Source: Candidatus Babelota bacterium
GTDB taxonomy: Bacteria > Babelota > Babeliae > Babelales > Vermiphilaceae
Direction of reading: 5' to 3'
DNA: 64,000 nucleotides
Assembly: GCA_049325595.1 (NCBI GenBank)
Contig: JBMOLF010000015.1
Span: forward strand, 128,001-192,000
This document shows, piece after piece, positions 58,060 to 64,000 of this stretch. The notes beneath the pieces were generated by a model. That model was not told the origin of the DNA. It saw only the letters and a program-made list of their open reading frames with translations, and did not search any database. The position numbers and the translations under genes are program-made. Position 1 is the first letter of the stretch. Every line of letters begins with the position of its first letter.

Positions 58060-59316
58060 ATGAAAATAAAAAAACTAGTTTTATTGCTTTTATGTATCGC
58101 TAATACAAGAGCAATGGAACACAATAATCCACTCTACGAATATTCCGAAGAATCTAAAAGCAGCAGTTCAAATGAAAGTCCTCGGCAACAAGTATATAAA
58201 GTAATTGATGAAAAAACCGGTGCCATTACGGCAGAATACCCAGGGCTTTCTTATTTTCAACGCGGCCCAACAGAAATTTGGACGCGCGGTCAAGAAATTC
58301 TTCGTCGCTTGGTTAACACACCACTTGCTCTACCTAAAATACAAAAGCCTGTTACCCGTATTGGCCAGCAACGTATGCCACAAAATAATCATAACTCCAC
58401 AGAAATTAACCCAGAGTTATCACTCGAGGATAGCAACTTAACTAAAGATCAGTATCTTGAAATGATTGTAGAAGTATTATGGGCTCTTTATAAAATTGCC
58501 AGTGAAAAGAAGGGTTTTCTGTTTGATAAAGGAACCATTGTAATCCACGATCCTGAATTGAAAATATTTAAATTTTTATTTAACTACACCCAACAAAGAA
58601 ATGACAAAATTACCGGTAAAAATGATAAAGCGTATTTTGTAACCTTTAACCCAGACACTACATCAAGGGCATCTACTCATTTTGTCGAAAGCCAAAAAGA
58701 ACATACTCAATATGGTATCGATATTCGCTTTGATGATCCAACATTGCAAACCATTTTTAAACTACCACATAACCATAAACACGTACTATATGGTATAGTT
58801 AGTAAAGCTAAAGGAATAATCTTCCTCAAATTCGAAGGGGCTGGAACCTACATTGCTGACGGTTTTATTGAACACGCCGGAAGCTTAGCGAAATCAATTG
58901 CGCGAAGCTCATGGTATCTTGCAAAGCCAATAGTACCAGAGTCCGTGTTTAAAAAAGGACAAGAAAAATTTGGCAGCGATAACGACCCTAATGCTTGTCG
59001 CGAAAAAGTACCAAAAGCAATAATAAAAGAGTTTTCAGAGATAATAAATGCTTCTAACCTTTCACCTGAAAAAAAAGCGCAACACATTATGCGTTTTAAA
59101 GAGCTTGGACTAAAACATGCGGTAATTATGAGTAAAATTCCAGACTCTATTACACCTGGTACCGATATACTCTTCCCGCATGAAGAAGTAAAAAAATTTG
59201 CTGACAAATATGTAAAGCAACTAGGTAATGACAGTAAGCAAAATGTATCATCAATTGGTAAATGGCGAGAAGTCGTTATAACAGAACTAGATATCAAAAA
59301 AGCGATAATGAGATAA
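58060..59316 (+). CDS. Secreted hypothetical protein, RASTHF family paralogue 2
   Basis: GGGAGG SD; signal TRA|ME. Confidence 0.78.
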   Translation: MKIKKLVLLLLCIANTRAMEHNNPLYEYSEESKSSSSNESPRQQVYKVIDEKTGAITAEYPGLSYFQRGPTEIWTRGQEILRRLVNTPLALPKIQKPVTRIGQQRMPQNNHNSTEINPELSLEDSNLTKDQYLEMIVEVLWALYKIASEKKGFLFDKGTIVIHDPELKIFKFLFNYTQQRNDKITGKNDKAYFVTFNPDTTSRASTHFVESQKEHTQYGIDIRFDDPTLQTIFKLPHNHKHVLYGIVSKAKGIIFLKFEGAGTYIADGFIEHAGSLAKSIARSSWYLAKPIVPESVFKKGQEKFGSDNDPNACREKVPKAIIKEFSEIINASNLSPEKKAQHIMRFKELGLKHAVIMSKIPDSITPGTDILFPHEEVKKFADKYVKQLGNDSKQNVSSIGKWREVVITELDIKKAIMR

Positions 59317-59317
59317 T

Positions 59318-59347
59318 AAAAAAGGCACTCAGATGAGTGCCTTTTTT
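59318..59347. terminator. Bidirectional terminator
   Basis: AAAAAAGGCACTC-AGAT-GAGTGCCTTTTTT. Confidence 0.85.
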
Positions 59348-59350
59348 GAA

Positions 59351-62197
59351 CTAACGTGCAGTTAACACTTTCTGACATCGTTTGCATAACCCATATTCAT
59401 TATCGGTTACTTCCCAATTCCAGCAACGGGGACATTTAGTACCTTCTGCTTTAGCAACATGCACCCACACACCAACCATATCTGTTTCTTGTAAATCAGT
59501 TGGTTTATTGCGCAATGAAACGGAAGAAACAATAAAGAATTCTTTAAAGAACTGTTCTGGCGATTGATTGTTTTTTACTAACCGATCGACAAAATGTTTA
59601 ATCAAAGAAAGATGGCTCATATCATAATCAAGATGTAAAGCAATTTGCGCTTCAAGTGAGTGCTTAATTATTCCTGCTTGTCGTAATCCTTCGATTGCTT
59701 TAAGTACCGCCGAGCGTACTTTCTTGAGCAAATCCCATTCATGATCTTGCATTTGGTCGTCTGCTGGTATTACCTCGGATAATTGTGCAAATGATTGAAG
59801 ATGGATCGATTCTTTTTTATTTTTTTGATACAAATCAGAAACTTGTTCTGCGGTAAATGAAAGAATCGGCGCCATCATTTTAGTAAGCGTATCAAGAATA
59901 TACCAACATGAAGTTTGAGCTGAACGTCGCAAATGTCCATCTGCTTGCTCTACGTACAAACGATCTTTAATAATATCAAGATAGAATGAACTTAATTCTG
60001 TAGCACAATAATCACCAAGTGTATGAAACACGGCAGTAAAATCAAAGTCATTGTACTGATTAATTGTTTTGTCGTTAATCTCTTGCACTATATGCACTGC
60101 ATAGCGATCAAATGCTTCCATTTTATCAAATGAAATTGCATCTTTTGCGATATCAAAATCGTAAAGATTTGATAGCAAGAATCGACAAGTATTTCTAATT
60201 TTACGGAATACTTCTTTTACATTTTCAATTAATTTTGCAGAAATAACTGCATCACCTGAACAATCAATACTAGAAACCCACAAACGCAATCCATCGGTAC
60301 CTAATTGATCAATCATTTGCTGTGGAGATACCACATTACCTAAAGATTTAGACATTTTACGGCCTTGTTCGTCAACCGTAAAACCATGAGTAACAATAGT
60401 CCTCATTGGCGCAGTGCCTTCTATTACTAAGCCAGTAAGCAACGAACTTTGGAACCACCCGCGATGTTGATCTTTTCCTTCTGCATATACATCTGCAGGG
60501 AAAGATAAGCCATATTTTTTATTTAATACTGCATAATGACTTATACCCGAATCAAACCATACATCAAGAATATCTTTTTCTTTTACAAAGTTAGTTCCTT
60601 TGCACACCGGGCAGGCAAAATCGTTAGTAACTAATTCAGAAAGCTCAACTGTATCCCAATATTCAATACCCTGCTCTTTTACTTTATCAGCAACCTTATC
60701 TACAAATTCTTTAGTAATATATGTATGATCGCAGGTGGTACATAATAATGCAGGAATTGGCACACCCCAAATACGCTGTCTTGATAAGCACCATTCTAAG
60801 CGCCCTTCTATGGCTGCATGCAACCGGTTTCCTGATTTTTCAGGCAAGGTAACAATTTGTTCAATTTCTTTAAGTGCTTTTTCTTTTAAGCCATTGCGCT
60901 CAAGATCGCAAAACCATTGCTTTGTTGCACGGAAAATTAATCCATCGCGCGAACGCCAACAATGAGGGTATGAGTGACGTATGGTAGTTTTGTAAAGCAA
61001 TTTACCTTGCTCTGCTAATTTTTTTATCACCCAAATTTGACCATCAGTAACACTCATTCCTTGGAGCTCTGCGGGATTAATACCTTTATCATAGGTACCT
61101 GCCGGCGTAATTGGCGAATAAATTTCTAGGTTATTTCGTACCCCTACTTCATAGTCTTCAGGTCCACAGCCAGGAGCACAATGTACGCACGCAGTACCAT
61201 CTTCTAATAATACGGTATCCGAAAGAATTACCGGCACACGCAATCCTTCAACAAAAGGATGATGAGCATATGCACCAAATTCAATAAGCTGTTCTGAACT
61301 AAACTCAGCAACTATTTCTTTAGATACCTCGAGCATAGTTGCAATTTTATCAGCCAGTTGTTTTGTCACAATAATATATTTTTCATCAGGTAAACGAAGA
61401 ACAACATACCGCGCACCTGGTTTGATTAATACCGCTCTATTAAGTGGCAATGTCCAAGGTGTCGTTGTCCATACTAAAAAGTTTACTGTTTTACCTGTAA
61501 GTGTTGGTAAAACAGTCTCAACAACGCGATTTTCTAAAGGGAATAACACATAAATTGAAGGATCTTTACGTTCATGATATTCAATTTCAGCGGAAGCTAG
61601 TACTGTCTGACATGCAGGGCACCATGGTACTGTCTTATTTTTTCGCTCGATGTAGCCACCTTCAACAAAAAAACCAAACGCACGCAAAATATCAGATTCG
61701 TAGGCATAACTCATAGTCAAATAAGGTCGATCCCAATCCATAAGTACGCCAAGTCTTTTAAATTCTTCTTTCTGCGTATCAATCCACTTTTGAGCATATG
61801 CGCGACAGGCTTTTTTAAGCTCAGCCGGAGCCAATCCTGGATTTTCTTGCGAAACTTTTAGTTCAATAGGCAGGCCATGGCAGTCCCAACCGGGAGTAAT
61901 AGGAACTTGCTTACCTTGCATACGCTTACTTTTGCCAATAATATCTTTAAGAATTTTATTATATGCATGTCCAATATGAATATGGCCATTGGCATAAGGG
62001 GGCCCATCATGCAAAATAAACTGCTGATGGTCTTTATTGTGAACAAAAGTTTTTTCGTACAGATCTTCCTGCTGCCAACGCTTAATCAAAGCGGGATCAT
62101 CAATAGCTGCTTGTGCACGTATTGGAAAATCGGTCTGAGGCAAGTTCAGGGTGTTTTTAAAACTCACCTGATTATCAGGTTTGAGTGATTCTGCCAT
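59351..62197 (-). CDS. ileS: Isoleucine--tRNA ligase (bacterial type 1)
   Basis: HDGPPYANG.IHIGH, GWDCHGLPIE, KMSKS, C-terminal CxxC zinc finger. Confidence 0.98.
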   Translation of the reverse strand: MAESLKPDNQVSFKNTLNLPQTDFPIRAQAAIDDPALIKRWQQEDLYEKTFVHNKDHQQFILHDGPPYANGHIHIGHAYNKILKDIIGKSKRMQGKQVPITPGWDCHGLPIELKVSQENPGLAPAELKKACRAYAQKWIDTQKEEFKRLGVLMDWDRPYLTMSYAYESDILRAFGFFVEGGYIERKNKTVPWCPACQTVLASAEIEYHERKDPSIYVLFPLENRVVETVLPTLTGKTVNFLVWTTTPWTLPLNRAVLIKPGARYVVLRLPDEKYIIVTKQLADKIATMLEVSKEIVAEFSSEQLIEFGAYAHHPFVEGLRVPVILSDTVLLEDGTACVHCAPGCGPEDYEVGVRNNLEIYSPITPAGTYDKGINPAELQGMSVTDGQIWVIKKLAEQGKLLYKTTIRHSYPHCWRSRDGLIFRATKQWFCDLERNGLKEKALKEIEQIVTLPEKSGNRLHAAIEGRLEWCLSRQRIWGVPIPALLCTTCDHTYITKEFVDKVADKVKEQGIEYWDTVELSELVTNDFACPVCKGTNFVKEKDILDVWFDSGISHYAVLNKKYGLSFPADVYAEGKDQHRGWFQSSLLTGLVIEGTAPMRTIVTHGFTVDEQGRKMSKSLGNVVSPQQMIDQLGTDGLRLWVSSIDCSGDAVISAKLIENVKEVFRKIRNTCRFLLSNLYDFDIAKDAISFDKMEAFDRYAVHIVQEINDKTINQYNDFDFTAVFHTLGDYCATELSSFYLDIIKDRLYVEQADGHLRRSAQTSCWYILDTLTKMMAPILSFTAEQVSDLYQKNKKESIHLQSFAQLSEVIPADDQMQDHEWDLLKKVRSAVLKAIEGLRQAGIIKHSLEAQIALHLDYDMSHLSLIKHFVDRLVKNNQSPEQFFKEFFIVSSVSLRNKPTDLQETDMVGVWVHVAKAEGTKCPRCWNWEVTDNEYGLCKRCQKVLTAR

Positions 62198-62283
62198 GTG
62201 AAAAGATCCTTGCTTTTATATTGTACTTATTCATAAGCCGATTATACTTTTTATTTTAAAAATGTCATGTATTGCCGCTTTAA

Positions 62284-63633
62284 ATGAAAAGAGAATCTAT
62301 GTTTTTTGAGCATGCCAAAATAGGTATCTGGGGATTAGGAATAGTAGGCACATCAGCTATTCGTTTTTTTTCACGCCATCATTGCATCCTTACCCTGCTC
62401 GAAAAAAAAATTCTTCTTCCTGAAGATATGCATTTTTTGAGTCAGTATAGCGTGTCAGTGCACACCGATAGCATCGAATCCTTTTTACAAAATAATGATT
62501 ATATTCTTGCAAGTCCTGGTATTGACCTCAGACCTTACCTTGTCTATCAGCATAAATTTATAACCGAACTTGATATTTTCATTGACCAGTATCCAAACCC
62601 AATCATTGCAATAACTGGCTCTGTAGGCAAAACGAGCATAACTCATTTATTATCATTAATTCTTACACATGCAAAAAAAAAGACACTAACTGGTGGCAAT
62701 ATTGGTACTGGTATGCTTGATTTACTCACCGACCCTCATAACGATTGTGCCGTTCTAGAGGTATCAAGCTTTCAATTAGAACATTGCCGTTCATTTGCTC
62801 CTGATCTTGCCATTTGGACTAACTTATACGCCAATCACCTCGATCGACACGGCAGTTTTGAGAATTATTTTTTAGCTAAATTAAAACTCCTCAAAAATCA
62901 AAACAATACACAACAAGCGCTTGTTCCTCTTGAGTTAGCAGATCAGTTACGAGCAGCGCTCCCGGGAAGAACATTTAATTTTTTTTCTGACCAATCATTT
63001 TCAACTGAAAAATTAACGAGTTCTGACACCCTGTTTTATTTTGATGACAAAAATATAATTAAATACCATCAAAACTCCCGTCAAATAATCGGATCTGTTG
63101 CTTGTTTACCTCCAATTACTTACACAATAAATTGGCTAATACTCATTGCAGCAATGCATCTTCTTGATCTAAATGTATCACTTGAAACGATCGAATATAC
63201 CTTACCATCGCATCGTTTAGAAAAAGTTGCTACCGTTAATAACATTCATTTTTATGATGATTCTAAAGCAACTATACCTCAATCAACTCTAGCTGCCGTA
63301 CAGCAATTACAACATACTTCATTAATGTTATTTTTAGGTGGTGTGAGCAAGGGTGTTGATCGTTCGTTACTCATTGCGCAACTACCAAAAACAATTAAGC
63401 ATGTTTTTTGTTTTGGCAAAGAAGCAGATCAGCTTTATCAATGGTGCTTAGCAAATAATTTATCAGCTTCCTCTCACCAAACATTAAAAGAAGCATTTGC
63501 TACATGCATAGCACAGGCACGTGACAACGATTATGTTCTTTTTTCACCAGCTGGCGCCAGCTTTGATTTATTTTCTAATTACCAAGAGCGCGGAAATCAA
63601 TTTAAAAAACTAGTGCATGAGCTGAGTGCATAA
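62284..63633 (+). CDS. murD: UDP-N-acetylmuramoyl-L-alanine--D-glutamate ligase
   Basis: SPGI, GGNIG, LEVSSFQL, HLDRH, DDSKAT, SPAGASFD. Confidence 0.95.
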   Translation: MKRESMFFEHAKIGIWGLGIVGTSAIRFFSRHHCILTLLEKKILLPEDMHFLSQYSVSVHTDSIESFLQNNDYILASPGIDLRPYLVYQHKFITELDIFIDQYPNPIIAITGSVGKTSITHLLSLILTHAKKKTLTGGNIGTGMLDLLTDPHNDCAVLEVSSFQLEHCRSFAPDLAIWTNLYANHLDRHGSFENYFLAKLKLLKNQNNTQQALVPLELADQLRAALPGRTFNFFSDQSFSTEKLTSSDTLFYFDDKNIIKYHQNSRQIIGSVACLPPITYTINWLILIAAMHLLDLNVSLETIEYTLPSHRLEKVATVNNIHFYDDSKATIPQSTLAAVQQLQHTSLMLFLGGVSKGVDRSLLIAQLPKTIKHVFCFGKEADQLYQWCLANNLSASSHQTLKEAFATCIAQARDNDYVLFSPAGASFDLFSNYQERGNQFKKLVHELSA

Positions 63634-63673
63634 TGCTAGGATAATCACATACCTAACAAGGGGGAATGTGGCA

Positions 63674-64000
63674 ATGAAGCATTTAGCACTCATACTCATA
63701 ATAGCATGCAATATACTGGCACAAGAAAAAAAAGTTATTAGCATATATCAGTGCTGTAACCATTTAGATGAAAATGTTCAACTTCGCATAGAAGAAGAAG
63801 GTAAGCGCGCAAAATCAATAAATGTAAATGCAAAACAAAACCAATTATTTTTTTTTGCACCAAATTTTAAAGTTTCGATTCTTAATAGCAATCAAACAAC
63901 TCTTGCATCATTAGAAATTCAAAACTACAGTGATAATGTAATTAATATTGAAAAAATTAATGATCAAATTCACGTTTTTACAACCAAAAAACCTAATGAA
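63674..64000 (+). CDS. 5' part of a secreted hypothetical protein, runs off the window
   Basis: GGGGA SD; MKHLALILIIACNILA|QE; frame open to the end. Confidence 0.65.
   Translation, partial: MKHLALILIIACNILAQEKKVISIYQCCNHLDENVQLRIEEEGKRAKSINVNAKQNQLFFFAPNFKVSILNSNQTTLASLEIQNYSDNVINIEKINDQIHVFTTKKPNE

Overview
AT-rich bacterial chromosome segment. The gene content (ankyrin proteins, many signal-peptide orphans, a histone-H1-like protein, archaeal/eukaryote-type ProRS) suggests an intracellular parasite of protists such as Dependentiae/Babelota (TM6); this taxonomy is inferred, not searched. Core blocks are dnaK; carD; miaA-SPOR-ppiD-recA-infC-rpmI-rplT-zapB-zapA-rny-ymdB; proS-xerD; dnaN-recF; ruvC; minor pilins-rplI-dnaB; ileS; murD. 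Clusters of secreted orphan or paralogous genes lie between them. Main observations: (1) three progressively shorter, mostly synonymously diverged copies of the dnaK 3' end, each with its own terminator, separate a stack of accessory genes downstream of dnaK, which looks like a gene-capture array anchored on dnaK, and one copy is fused in frame to a kinase; (2) a non-coding, strongly purine-skewed tract of about 750 bp with a GC-rich structured head lies upstream of dnaK; (3) a dif-like motif occurs twice in inverted orientation about 45 kb apart; (4) about 19 putatively secreted proteins share an x-[D/E] start right after the signal peptide; (5) a GH1 enzyme lacks its acid/base glutamate. No rRNA, tRNA or CRISPR array was recognised.
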